Below, in pieces: positions 49,310 through 62,099 of a DNA stretch of 64,000 bases. Position 1 is the first letter of the stretch; every line of letters starts with the position of its first letter. The notes below the pieces were generated by a model. That model searched no databases. It worked only from the letters and a program-made list of their open reading frames with translations, and was not told the origin of the DNA. The DNA comes from Toensbergia leucococca. Lineage: Eukaryota. The stretch is taken from positions 62,001 through 126,000 of the forward strand of contig JALDZS010000019.1 in assembly GCA_022813965.1 (NCBI GenBank), written 5' to 3'. Position numbers and translations under genes: made by a program.

Positions 49310-51066
49310 CTAATCACCCTCCTCTCCCTGCACCATCTCCTCCTCCCCATCCCTATCCCCCTCAATCTCTCCCTCAATCTCCTCTTTTGGTCTCCTAGGT
49401 AGCCAATTTTCCTCCACCTCCCGCCATCCAATCACCATCTCATTCGGCAACACCTCATAAAACGACACATGAACCGCCTCCAACGCATCAAAAAAGCTCA
49501 TCCCAAAACTCATCTTGCGCACCGTCGCTTCGAATTTCATACCTACGAAGCACATGGCTAGAATGTCGTCTTCGAGCCAAAATTCGTATTCCGTGATTGC
49601 TTTGGGGGCTGAGGCAGCGGCAGCTTCTTCCTCGATAGTTAAATCTGGCTGGGTGCGGTTGGGGTTATGCCAGGTTCTAGCGAGGAGTTTGCCGAGAGGT
49701 TGGAGAGTGGGTTCTTGTGATTTGTAGAGGGTTAGGATATCGGGGTCGGCGGGTATTAGGGCCGTGATTTCGAGACTGGTAGATAAGGCCTCGATGATGG
49801 TAACGTTGTGTTCGTCGGTTTGGGCTTTGAAGGCTTGGAAGACGTCTTCGGAGGCCTGGGCGGCGAGGCCGATCTTGAGAATTTTGCGGGCGGCGTCGGG
49901 ACTCATGCCAGGGGGGATGTCAGTGTAGTCTTTTGCCCATTCCTGATTGCCAATGTACGAGTCTTTGTAGGAACCACCGAAAGTGATGGAGCAGGCGGTG
50001 TTGAATGGGCCGGGGAAGTAAGCGCTAGCCTGGGATACGCTCCAGAGTTCTTTGTCCGTGCGGTCGCAGGTTGTGCGCGCGGCATTAATTTGCGTGTTGT
50101 ATTCAGGGCAGACGTCGTGGTGCAAAAGATAATTGAGGAAGTTTCGAATAATCGCTGTGTATGATCTGATTTGCTGCTCAAAAGTAACGTCAAATCTACA
50201 GGGGAGGCGGGACGATCTGGATAGTTGTCAGGGGGTATATATCTAGATTGGAAAGGGGTGATGGGAGCCTCACAGAAAGCCTCGAGCGCAGCCATCAAAA
50301 TCTACCACAAATTTGGTCGTGTCCTCTCTATCAGGGTTGACGAAGTGAGTTGCCGTCATTGTGGCGATTTCTGCTGCGTTCTTCTCTTCCAGGGTATGTT
50401 GATCTAGACCTCCCGAGAACATCTTCTGCCCGCAGTCAATACCGCCATAGGCCATGTACTGGTCAAAGAGATCTTTCCGTTTTTCGTCCAACTTGCGCTT
50501 CGCTGTGTATCTCTGAATAGCTGTCTCAATGCGTCCGAAGGGACGTCAGTAGAAATAGTAAAAACCGGCTAGGAGTTGGCATACTCTGAAAAAGCAAGCG
50601 ACCTAAAGGATTGTTAGACAAAGTTTCTTCGTATCGATTTTGGTACTCACGGGTCATATGTGGACTTTTCTTCCTCATATTCGGCTGGTGTAACAGGTGC
50701 GTCGACGTAGAACTCTTCGAAACCAGTAGGCTTGGTCTTTTAATAAAGCGTTAGTTCAGCAACGTAACAAACACAGATCAGCTAGGGACGTACCAATCCT
50801 CTCTGTGCCTTGCTCTTTGACTTCTTTTTCTTCGGTCCCGCTGTCACATTAGCCTCAATGGGAGTACCATTCTTTCCCTTGTCTTGGGTTTCGTCATGAC
50901 GTTCTGGAGATACTTCCACAATGACTTTCCCTCCGTTTACAGGTCCACCATCAGTAAGTGGAAGTGCTACGCCATTGGCTTGCTTGACTGAACCGAGATC
51001 AAGTTGATCTAGGGTTTTTGCAATAGGGTTGACATCGTCGCGACAGTCTTCTTCAAAGCCTCCCAT
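49310..51066 (-). CDS. arb1: Argonaute siRNA chaperone (ARC) complex subunit Arb1 (multi-exon)
   Basis: KPTGFEEFYVDAPVTPAEYEEE, RIETAIQRY, YMAYGGID-G-KMFSGG, FVVDFDG, HHDVCPEY, PGPFNTACS, PLGKL, CFVGMKFEA, FYEVLPNE. Confidence 0.9.
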
Positions 51067-51917
51067 GCTTGTGAACTGGTTTGAAATGACACAGACGGCT
51101 AAGCAAGAGCAGAGGACTAGTAGAAGAGATGGAGGATTCTAGTAGTAAAGAAGAAATTGGAAGAGGTTTTCGGGAATTTCATATGGCAGTGAATAGAAGG
51201 TTCAGTGAGTGAATGTATTGCTATGAATGGGTTCAAGATATCCCATTTGAATATCAGGGCGTATGGAAGTGAACAAACGAGAGCTGGAATAATCCACAAC
51301 ACCTTAGGTAAGACGTGACCGGGTACATGTGCCCTGCAACTGCCCTTGCCGTTGTTTGCTAATGCAAAGAAATGTTAGTCTCTCTTCCGTTCAAGATAAA
51401 AGATCAAAGCTCTCGTTCACAGCCTTGATGATAAGTGTTATGTACAGAGATGGATTGCCTGATCACTATGAATTGAAACGGCCTACAGGAGCTGTAGTTT
51501 GCAGAATGGACTTCAGTAGCAGTTTTGTTCTCTAGAATCCCTAAAGAGCAGGGACGTATGAGCTCTGTCATTCTTAGTGAGCTGCGAAAGCCTGTGTTAC
51601 GTAGCAAGACATAGCAACATGATGCCCTGATGTTGGTAGAATACCTTACCGCTACGGAATTCATGAAATAAGGTATTTACTTGTAACCTATTTCAATTTA
51701 GCGCGTCGATCAGGCACCGAGGCATCCTTCCTCTCTTCTTCGTCAGCCAGAGCGGCGTCATCTCCATCATCACTCATCCCCATCCAACATCTTTCCAACT
51801 CCTAGTATTTTCAAAAGATTGATTACATTGCACTTTCTCTCGCCTGCTCTCTCACTTGGTCAATAGAAATATCATCAAAACTTGAAAGACACAGTCCACC
51901 GACTTCCCCCTCAAATC

Positions 51918-52449
51918 ATGTGCACAAGCGACATCTTCCTCGGTCTCCTCGCCATCCTCTTTCCCCCTATCGCAGGTAACTCTTCTCTCTTTTCCAAAAC
52001 AAACCATTAATACTGATTCGCTCTTCTCCCTCACAGTCTGGATCAAACGCGGCATCTGCTCCGCTGATTCCCTCATCAACATCCTCCTCTGCTGCCTCGG
52101 CTACATCCCGGGCCTGATCCACGCCTGGTATATAGTAGCCAAATACCCCGAATCCGACCCGGATGGATACGAAAACCTCGAATATGGCAATGCAGGGCAA
52201 GGGCCGGCTAGAGGCGATAGCGTAACATATTATTATGTTAACCAGGAGCAGTCGAGAGCAGCGGGGAGGGGAGGACGAGAGGTGCGTACCGAGAGAGGGC
52301 CACAAAGAGGTTATGGGACAAACGAGGGGGCTGGCGCTGGCGCTCCTGCTCCCGCTGCCCAGACGCAGGGACAGCCGCAGGCAGGGGAAAATGCAATACC
52401 ACCGAGTTACGAGCAGGCTGTTGGAGGGGATCATAAGGTACAGACATGA
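51918..52449 (+). CDS. Pmp3/RCI2/Sna-family small membrane proteolipid with a C-terminal PPSY tail
   Basis: Exons 51918-51975 and 52037-52449: [58 protein letters not shown]...[16 protein letters not shown]. Confidence 0.92.
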
Positions 52450-52759
52450 GTAAAAAGATATAACGAGGGCAACGAGCTCGAAAGTTCAAGGCGCAATGTT
52501 TGACGGTCAAGTGGCGGAGCTTTGGAAGGAAACGATCCGTCACTCAATATCAGTGATGCAATGGCGTTCAGAGATGCTGGATTTCGCCCACTTTAGTAAA
52601 ACACCTATTCGTAGCACAAAGTCTATCTATGATTCTGCAATGATTCCTCCAGGCAGTGATGCCAACTCCCATCTATGAGCATGCCGATGAGATCGCTAAA
52701 AAGCACCATTTGCAAAGAAAACTCCCTGGACCGCCGATAAGCCAATTAACAACTCCCAA

Positions 52760-54192
<1,433 letters not shown>

Positions 54193-54691
54193 GGTTGAGG
54201 TTTTTTGCTTGAGCAATTCGGGTGGGATGATGAAACTTCTAAAAACGTGAGTACGTGTTTTAGTGTTTTAGACTGGTCCCGAAAACACGTTGACCCTTGG
54301 TGAATGGTGGGGTGAAAGGTGGCTTAAAACTCAAAATGCGACCGTTGAGTGTGACAACATATGGAATCCGGGGTAAAGAAAAAGCTGCAGGGGAACAGAT
54401 GCAGGGTATCATTCGCCAGCATGTCACAAACGGAATCCTAAAGTATTTTTATGTAATGGACATCGCCAAGCTCTTTTGAAATCTTCATCATCTGGCCGCG
54501 TCACCGTTTCCTAGGTGCTTTGAGTCAGTTGCGTCTAAACACACACAATGAAGACTAAGATAAACATGCCTACCTCTGCAACGCAATGCTTGAACTGTTG
54601 CAGCATCTGGAACTCTGCACTGAAGAATGGAGGCATAGTGGAAAGAACACGAAAATCATCACCAACCATTGAAATATGTCCTTACAGTTCC

Positions 54692-55789
54692 TTACAGTTC
54701 CTTAACTAGTTCATTCAATATCTGGATCACATTTTTGATGCCGTACAAAACGTTCTCGTCTGCTCCTTGGCCTGGCGTCCACTCGGCATGTGCAAAGTCG
54801 ATAAGCTTCAACGTTTGGATTTGAGGAAAGCGAACTTCACCATATTCAATATCGTCTTCCTCTTCGCCTCCGTTTGAACGGGTATGACTATCAGATGCGA
54901 AGATCCTTTTCTCTTCCATGAATGCCTCATCCAATGCATTTCCATCACCTTCCCAGATGAAAAGAAGGCTTGACGAGTACATTCGGCTCTCTTCGCCCTC
55001 AAGGACGTTTTCCAATCCTTGCAAATCCTCGATGAATCTCTTTATGACTCTTTTGGAGCATCTTCTAGTCACTCCCGCTTGTTCCAACCAGAAGAAGTCC
55101 CTGAAACTCTGACTCACAGTCTCTGAAGTGAGGCTCTTCCCATATGCCTTATCATAGGTCTTGTAGCCATCCAATGTCATTGTTTCCGGGCCGGCAACCT
55201 CTAATCCATGCCAAGTCTTCATGCCAGCTATCCGAAATCCAAACATTTTACTAGTAGTCTCTTCTGCGGATTTCTCAAGTCTAGCACGTTTCGCTGGTGG
55301 AGCGTCATCAGCCCATAGGCGCCTGCCAAGCTTCACATCGAGGATGTTCGGTTTCTTGTATCCTGCCGCAACATTTTCAAGTACTACTGCCGATTCCGTG
55401 GCAATCTTGCCTCCGTTCGAGGGTGCCCAGTGGCTATCAGGAGCAATCCCATCCAATGGATTCGTCAGTTCTGGAAAAGTACCGTTCATAGATGGCTTTA
55501 ATAGAGCAGCGACTAGAGCCGGGTCGGCTGCTGATGACAGTGCCAGTGTACCCATGAAGGTGGGAATAAAAGTGGCGAAGTTAGGATGTGCTGCCGTTGA
55601 CTTGTAGAATTCAATCTCTCCTTTCTGGCACGGTTTAACGACAAATTCGCCCGAGACATCTGAGAGCACACCATCACTGCGGAGATGGTCAGCGGGAGAA
55701 GTGACATGTAAGTGAAAATCAACACACTGGCCAGCTGCTGCGTTCTCGAAGGCAATGAGCTGTGATTCCCTTAGAGAATGTTGCGCCAT
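54692..55789 (-). CDS. ARG82: Inositol polyphosphate multikinase (Arg82/Ipk2-like)
   Basis: AAAGH-DGVL (in-frame intron ~55678-55728), PNILDVKLG (PxxxDxKxG), FGFRIAGM, SSSLLFIWEGD, LIDFAHA. Confidence 0.88.
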   Translation of the reverse strand: MAQHSLRESQLIAFENAAAGQCVDFHLHVTSPADHLRSDGVLSDVSGEFVVKPCQKGEIEFYKSTAAHPNFATFIPTFMGTLALSSAADPALVAALLKPSMNGTFPELTNPLDGIAPDSHWAPSNGGKIATESAVVLENVAAGYKKPNILDVKLGRRLWADDAPPAKRARLEKSAEETTSKMFGFRIAGMKTWHGLEVAGPETMTLDGYKTYDKAYGKSLTSETVSQSFRDFFWLEQAGVTRRCSKRVIKRFIEDLQGLENVLEGEESRMYSSSLLFIWEGDGNALDEAFMEEKRIFASDSHTRSNGGEEEDDIEYGEVRFPQIQTLKLIDFAHAEWTPGQGADENVLYGIKNVIQILNELVKEL

Positions 55790-57386
55790 GACTGTATCGC
55801 ATGTAAAAGGATTCGTCAAGATTCAATGTCATGTTTGGTAATCGAGATGCTCGTGAGATTTTGAGAAATTCAAGAACCTTTTAGTACCGGAGCAGCGTCC
55901 GTAGCCTAGGTCTTTCTAAGCCTTATTCGTAGTTCTACTCTACGGCCTGCGCCCCAATTCTCGGATGACGCGCTAGGATACCTTGAGGATTCCTACCCTA
56001 CCTAATTAGTGGTCCGCCAGTCCGATCCTAGGCGTTTGGAGGACAATCATCCTTTAGCCACCTGTTCGAGGATTGCTTCAAACACATGTCATTGCTCTCG
56101 AACACGCGCAATGCTTGTGCAACTCTACGCTGTTTGCACATCATAGGGATTGAGTTAATATTCTGCGCACATGTGGGAATATTTCCCAGTTCAGGCATCA
56201 ATGAATGAGCGTCATGTCTTAGTTGTCATATCTTGCTGCCTCATCCTTCTAAATGGCGCCCTGCTTTATCTATAGCTTACGTGTGCAAGATCTTTCTGCG
56301 CCCCTAACCCTAGAAAGAATGATCCTTGTTTGAATCGGCCCGCTGTCGATACCTTACCTGATCATATTGTCTTCTTCACTAGATAGGTAGGCACCCAGTC
56401 AGTATGACAGCAAACAACCCAACCCTTGCATCAAGTCTTAGTCTCGTGCTCTTGATACTATTACCTTAGTCTTATATAGACGCAAAAATGGAGAGAGTGC
56501 ATTGTTCAGTCGTGCGATTCTCTCTTAATTTCAACACACCTTATCAAGCCATATCAGTGCTTGTCAGCAATGACTGCCAGCGCCATAGATCAAACAGCAT
56601 AGAGAATGATGCAGAAGTACTCACCCAGTACTTGGACGCAGAAAGCTATATGTCCTTCAAAGGATGCTTCAGATCTCTACTTTGAGTTTCTAGCATTAGT
56701 CACTTCTTGCAAGATTGTCCATATGAGATGAATAGTGATAAATACAATTGAGAGATCATGCTATTGCCTCTTGAACTTCAATGGCTGTTCTCTCTGCTTT
56801 ACTATGAAGCTCATCATGACTCAACAATGATTGGTTGAGAAAGAGAAGGGGAAATTATGAAAACGTGCTTTGACTTCAGACTATGATGAAAGATGCCTTA
56901 TAGCCCACAGTCTTCAGTCTAACAAGTCTGGTATATTCACTTACCTCGCTCTGCATCACCAATTGGTGGATCTGTTCATGTCATGACAAATCTAAGACCC
57001 TGTTCCCAATGATACTGTTCCGCAAGCGATTTCATCATCCGCACCCCCTCTAGTAGGTCCTGCTTGATTGAAAAGGATAAGTTGCTATGCTTTAGAGACG
57101 CTGTACTTATATAGACTTGACTTCGAAGCCTTCAGCAAAAGGCCCTAGGGTAAGGTTCTTCTTTTGGGAAACTGCGTTGATGATCAAGATTAACGCAGTT
57201 GAGAGGCACAGCCTTGGAGATAGATATGGTTTGGCAGGGCTGATGGGTTCTACGATGACTTAGATGGAACACTATCTTTAAATGGTGCTCGGAGTATCAT
57301 CCTCGATGAGATGGTGGATGAGTGCGTGAAAGAGATAAGGTCAATTGTGCATAGATGGTGTCGACCTATTCTTGGATTGCTGGGAC

Positions 57387-58814
57387 CGAGGGCTCATGAC
57401 ACTATTTCGTGCCAAGCGAAAATCCCCCACCAAAACTGAAAACTTCCCCCTTTTCACATCATTCTATTCTATTGTCTCCCATCATGATCATGAAACAACT
57501 ACCTAATTATGAGAGACCTAGAACACCTCCCCCTACCTCATACGGTCCCTCTTTACCTCATAGACCTGGTCCGGAATGGCTCACACCCACAATTGCACGT
57601 GTACGTCAGATGAAAGAGGATGATAAATCCGCCTCAGATATTCAGAAAGCTTTGAGTGTTCCTCCCCGGACTCAGCGGAAGATGCTTGCCAAAAACCTAC
57701 ATTCTGATCGTCGTCCTGACCGTTCAAACCGGGGCCGGCCCCTCAAGATTGATCTAGAAACTGTACACAAAATGCAGAGATACATACAAGGACGGTACAA
57801 TAAAAGGACTCTGAACTGAGATTCTCTTGAGACAGAACTGAATGTCCTCAGCAATGAGCGTACAATTAAGAGAAGAATGAACGCTGCAGGCTATCGGAAG
57901 TGCAGGGCGTGTAAGAAAAAGTGATTATCTGATGAAAATGTTGACAAAAGATGGGATGTCTCTGAAGATTGAAAAGGTCTCGCAAATTGGCAGTGACATG
58001 AGTGACATTTCTCTGATGAATTTCACATGAAACACAACGCACGGAACACTGAATGAGTAATCCGTTTACCTAGTGAGCGTCACTGCGGTGACTGTATTCA
58101 GAAGAAGATGAAAAGGGGGGCCTCAGAGTGGCATGTCTGATCTATGATTGCCTACAATTCTAAGGGTCCATTGATCTTCTATGATCTTGATGAATTGAAC
58201 CCTATTGACGCCGTACCACGCACCAAAAGAAACCCCCTTGACAAGGCAAAGGGAAAAAAGGGGGGGAATATCACTCAGGAGGCCTATGTTAAATTGATTC
58301 TTCCTCACGTTCAACGCCGGATGGAGGAGCTGGAACGTCAAGGAAAGCACATGATTTTTCAGAAGGATAATGACAACGGACACGGATCTAGAAGTCAGGA
58401 CAATCCAGCCCGTCTTGCTAAATGTGCAATGAATTTGAACTACGTCAATAATTGACCCCCTCAATCACCGGATCTAAATCCTATTGAGAATGTATGAAGG
58501 ATCCTGAAGCAGAGGGTTAAGAATAGAAAGCCTGTCAATAAGGAGGAACTTAGACAGTTCTTAGAGGAGGAATGGGAGCTGATCACCTTAGATGAGATCA
58601 ATGAGCTTATTGTGGGTGAAGAAAGGGGTATGAGGGCACGGATGACACAATGTTATGAGCGTCAGGGTTTACACACTCAATTCTAGATCCTATTGATGTT
58701 CTAGGCCTGTAGAATAGCTAGTAATAGCTGATAATAAGTATGTGGTGGAATAGAAGGAGGTTTCCGTTTGGTGGGGGATTTTCGCTTGGCACGAAATAGT
58801 GTCATGAGCCCTCG
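57387..58814 (+). mobile_element. Full-length Tc1/mariner (IS630-Tc1-mariner) DNA transposon, 1428 bp
   Basis: TIRs of ~47 bp and more, CGAGGGCTCATGACACTATTTCGTGCCAAGCGAAAATCCCC..., at both ends. GAC is directly repeated at 57384-57386 and 58815-58817. Internal transposase frame. Confidence 0.95.
57484..58686 (+). pseudogene. Tc1-like DDE transposase with nine in-frame TGA codons
   Basis: GRPLKI, *HFSDE, FQKDNDNGH, *PPQSPDLNPIENV*RILK. One frame throughout, no frameshifts, terminal TAG at 58684-58686. Confidence 0.92.
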
Positions 58815-59410
58815 GACGTTGGTGATCTTGAGGCTGAATCACGCTAAAACATTGGGGAACAATGTGCTGCCGGTGGCCGGCTTTGCGATATCAATGTCGC
58901 GACAACAAAGCGACTCGACAGCACAATGAACCGCTTCCGGTAAAGCCAGCATTCCATGTTGTAGACGTGTGTATGTATCGAGTCGCCCAGAAAATTACAA
59001 AGGCTGTCTAGATGCCTTAGACTGCCAATCCAAACCTCCTCGCTGCCACAAGACCCAAGTCAACACCATCCGCCAACGTACAACATCCCAGAAAAAGCTG
59101 TGCCATGAGTTGCGGATACCACAAGGCTCGGTGACAATTGCATCTACACAGATCTTCTGATACTTCATTGTACCAATCCATTGGGCTGGCCAACGGTGCT
59201 TGCGAAGTTCCCTACAACAGGAGAAGAAGTATTGCCTGCGTGAATGACAATACCAAGTCTATACAGACCGCCAAAGAAGAGGCTAAATTTGACCAACCTC
59301 CTCATTATTTGACTAGCCTCCTCATTAAAAAACTACTTAAACCCACATATTTCTCTTCCCGTCTTTCTTCGTTTCTTCCACCTCCACATCCACATCCACA
59401 TCCACAACCA

Positions 59411-60069
59411 CATCCTTTCGATTATCTTCTTCGTCAGGCATATCTATTCGAATCTCATTACACCTACATACATTCGTCTTCTCCTGCTAGCCATCCACAT
59501 AACCTTTCGATTATCCTGCGTCAGGCATATCCTTTGGATTATCCTTCTTTGTTAGGCATATCCTTTCGATTATCCTTCTTCGTTAGGCATATCCTTTCGA
59601 TTATCTTTCTTCGCTAGGCATATCTTTCGAATCTCATTACACCTACATACATACATTCGTCTGGTCCTGCTAGCCATCCATACCACCTTTCGATTATCCT
59701 TCTTCGTTAGGCATATCTTTTGAATCTCATTACACTTACATACATTCGTCTGGTCCTGCTAGCCATCCACACAACCTTTCGATTATCCTTCTTCGTTAGG
59801 CATATCTTTTGAATCTCATTACACTTACATACATTCGTCTGGTCCTGCTAGCCATCCACGCAACCTTTCGATTATCCTTCTTCGTCAGGAATATCCTTTG
59901 GATTATCCTTCTTCGTTAGGCATATCCTTTCGATTCTTATTACACCTACATACATTCGTCTGGTCCTGCAAGCCATCCACACAACCTTTCGATTGTCCTT
60001 CTTCGTCAGACATATCCTTTCGATTCTTATTACACCTACATACATTCGTCTGGTCCTGCTAGCCATCCA
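59411..60069. repeat. Compound minisatellite (31-bp and ~58-bp subunits)
   Basis: Anchor CATTCGTCT at 59471, 59654, 59743, 59832, 59953 and 60043 (spacings 183, 89, 89, 121, 90), interleaved with 1-4 copies of CCTTTCGATTATCCTTCTTCGTTAGGCATAT. Confidence 0.92.
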
Positions 60070-60144
60070 ATTCCTCTTACGCTTTAATTTAATCTACCTT
60101 TCCTATTCTACAATTCTCGAATACACCTCCGCAGCTCCAACAGA

Positions 60145-61680
60145 ATGGCCGATGCAAACACCCCACGCGCAACTCGCGCTTCAAGTCGTGCACGTAGTGC
60201 AACTGCATCTGATGCAGTGAGCGTCGCGAATGGGAGATCGCGACGTGCTGCTACTCCTCGCCGATCTGCTGCAACTAGACTTGCAGAAGCCCCGGCTGAC
60301 CTGGTGGTCAGCCGGGGACCGAACACCGCCTATGGGGCACAAGGTGGGGTCACGCCCGCTGGTACCAGCGAGCGTGACCCCAGCCATGCCACCACTTTCG
60401 GAACAGAGGAAGTTGCCGGCCATTCTGTTGGCTTGGACGAAGTGGGTCTACCCACTTCGCCACTTTTTGAAGTAGAGCTAGCGCGCTCTACCCGAGATGA
60501 TCCTACCGGATGTGATCCCTCCGAGACAAGTATTTCGTCCTCGGTGATCGCTATTGTTAGGAGTCACGCACTTTGGGCGACACTGTGCGTTTTATCGATT
60601 GCGTTTCTCATGTGGGGTCCAATGTGGGCTGAGGAGACCAACAAGTTTTTTAAGTCCCTCGAAGAACGACGTATTGTTGGGGCCAACCAAGCCCAAATTA
60701 AGAGCCTCCTTTACGAGGTGGACACTCTTCGTAGCCAAGTCAGCGCCAATTTCACTCGACTCAGCTCTGAGTTCAATCAGCGTATCGACGAGAGTCATAC
60801 TTATCAAGTCGACAGCTTTCAACAAAAATTCGACTCCCTTCAACAAAACGTCGACTCTAAGCTCACTCCGGTCAATCAGCGTCTCGATGGTCTCGAAAAG
60901 CTTTACGATAGGTTACGACCAGAACAAAGCAGATATACAGTGGACCAAGTCGATTATTTTGCGAAGGGACTGGGCACCGTTGTTGAGCCGAGACTGACGT
61001 CGCCAACCTTGGTACGTGAGTATAGCTGGAAGGCCCGACTATTTGCGAAAGGATGGGGCATAGCTCTTCCAAACTCCCCCTCTGCGACCTCAATCCTTGA
61101 TAAGTGGGACGGTATCGGCGATTGTTGGTGCGCGCCTCCCTCCCGTGGTAAACTCCAGGTCACTCTTACTCTTGGACGTCAGGTGGTTCCGACTGAACTT
61201 GTCGTCGAGCATATTAGCAAGAGATCAACCCTCGACATTGGCGCAGCACCAAGGGTGATAGAACTCTGGGCCCACATTGCGAACAAAACCAAACGCGCGC
61301 TAGTGGATTCAAAAATGCATTCGCATTTTCTCAGATACGACAGATGGGAGATCGAAGAAGAACCCGGAGATAGGAAGCTACGTGATAGGAAACAGCCTCT
61401 CGTTCCGGATTTTACCTTAATCGGCCGATGGGAGTACGACATCCTCAACCGACAACCCGTTCAGTATTTCCGAGTGCCGCTCGATCTTGCATTCTACGGC
61501 ATTGATACCCGACGCGTTGCCATCCGCGTGAATTCGAATTGGGGAGGGGGTAATTATACATGTCTCTACCGGGTACGCCTATACGGGGAAGAACTAGGTG
61601 CAGAGGAGTTCGTTCCTGATAATAGTACACCTCCATGGTCCGAATTATCTCAGCTTGACCATACCTACGATAGAACATGA
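60145..61680 (+). CDS. SUN-domain (Sad1/UNC-84-like) membrane protein
   Basis: Basic N-terminus, TM segment ALWATLCVLSIAFLMW, coiled coil, then a SUN domain: VDYF..GTVVEPRLTSPT, WDGIGDCWCA, PTELVVEHI, APRVIELW, NWGGGNYTCLYRVRLYG. Intronless, 511 aa. Confidence 0.9.
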   Translation: MADANTPRATRASSRARSATASDAVSVANGRSRRAATPRRSAATRLAEAPADLVVSRGPNTAYGAQGGVTPAGTSERDPSHATTFGTEEVAGHSVGLDEVGLPTSPLFEVELARSTRDDPTGCDPSETSISSSVIAIVRSHALWATLCVLSIAFLMWGPMWAEETNKFFKSLEERRIVGANQAQIKSLLYEVDTLRSQVSANFTRLSSEFNQRIDESHTYQVDSFQQKFDSLQQNVDSKLTPVNQRLDGLEKLYDRLRPEQSRYTVDQVDYFAKGLGTVVEPRLTSPTLVREYSWKARLFAKGWGIALPNSPSATSILDKWDGIGDCWCAPPSRGKLQVTLTLGRQVVPTELVVEHISKRSTLDIGAAPRVIELWAHIANKTKRALVDSKMHSHFLRYDRWEIEEEPGDRKLRDRKQPLVPDFTLIGRWEYDILNRQPVQYFRVPLDLAFYGIDTRRVAIRVNSNWGGGNYTCLYRVRLYGEELGAEEFVPDNSTPPWSELSQLDHTYDRT

Positions 61681-62099
61681 TTTTGAGGGATATGACAGGA
61701 GTAGCGAGGATAGGCGAGCGATGGCGGACTAGGAAAGTGAAGGGTGAGAGAGATACGTCAATCAATGTATCATAGAGACGTCTGGCACAAAAGAAGCGTT
61801 CGATGAACAGATAATTTTCATACAATTAGGATAATCCTTCTTCTTTCTCATGATGAACTTTGCTATGGAACAGCCTCAGTACCATGTAGTAGTGATCTCT
61901 TCCTAGAATGCCACACACTCCGCCCTCTCGTCACCTGTTGAGAAGTCTTACCCAGGGCAAGCACCAGGTGATGAAAGAGACTTCACGTACTTGGAACAGT
62001 ACTTCGATTTTCTCACGATGAAATTCCGAAACATGAGCCCCAAAACCAAGTAACGGTATCTTCTTACTAACGTCCCCCATCCTACCGATCTCCCCATAA

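Noticed and set aside
45598..51066. DDB1 and Arb1 convergent pair as a silencing module
   Set aside because: Both relate to heterochromatin or RNAi in model fungi, but adjacency alone is no evidence without conserved synteny.
54681..54704. 10-bp tandem duplication CTTACAGTTC at the ARG82 stop codon
   Set aside because: A small slippage duplication that does not change the protein.
56345..56400. ATACCTTACCTG resembling the U1 snRNA 5' end
   Set aside because: Imperfect match, with no U1 stem-loops or Sm site following.
59411..60069. CRISPR-like array
   Set aside because: Eukaryotic context, the intervening units are themselves repeats and not unique spacers, and there are no cas genes.
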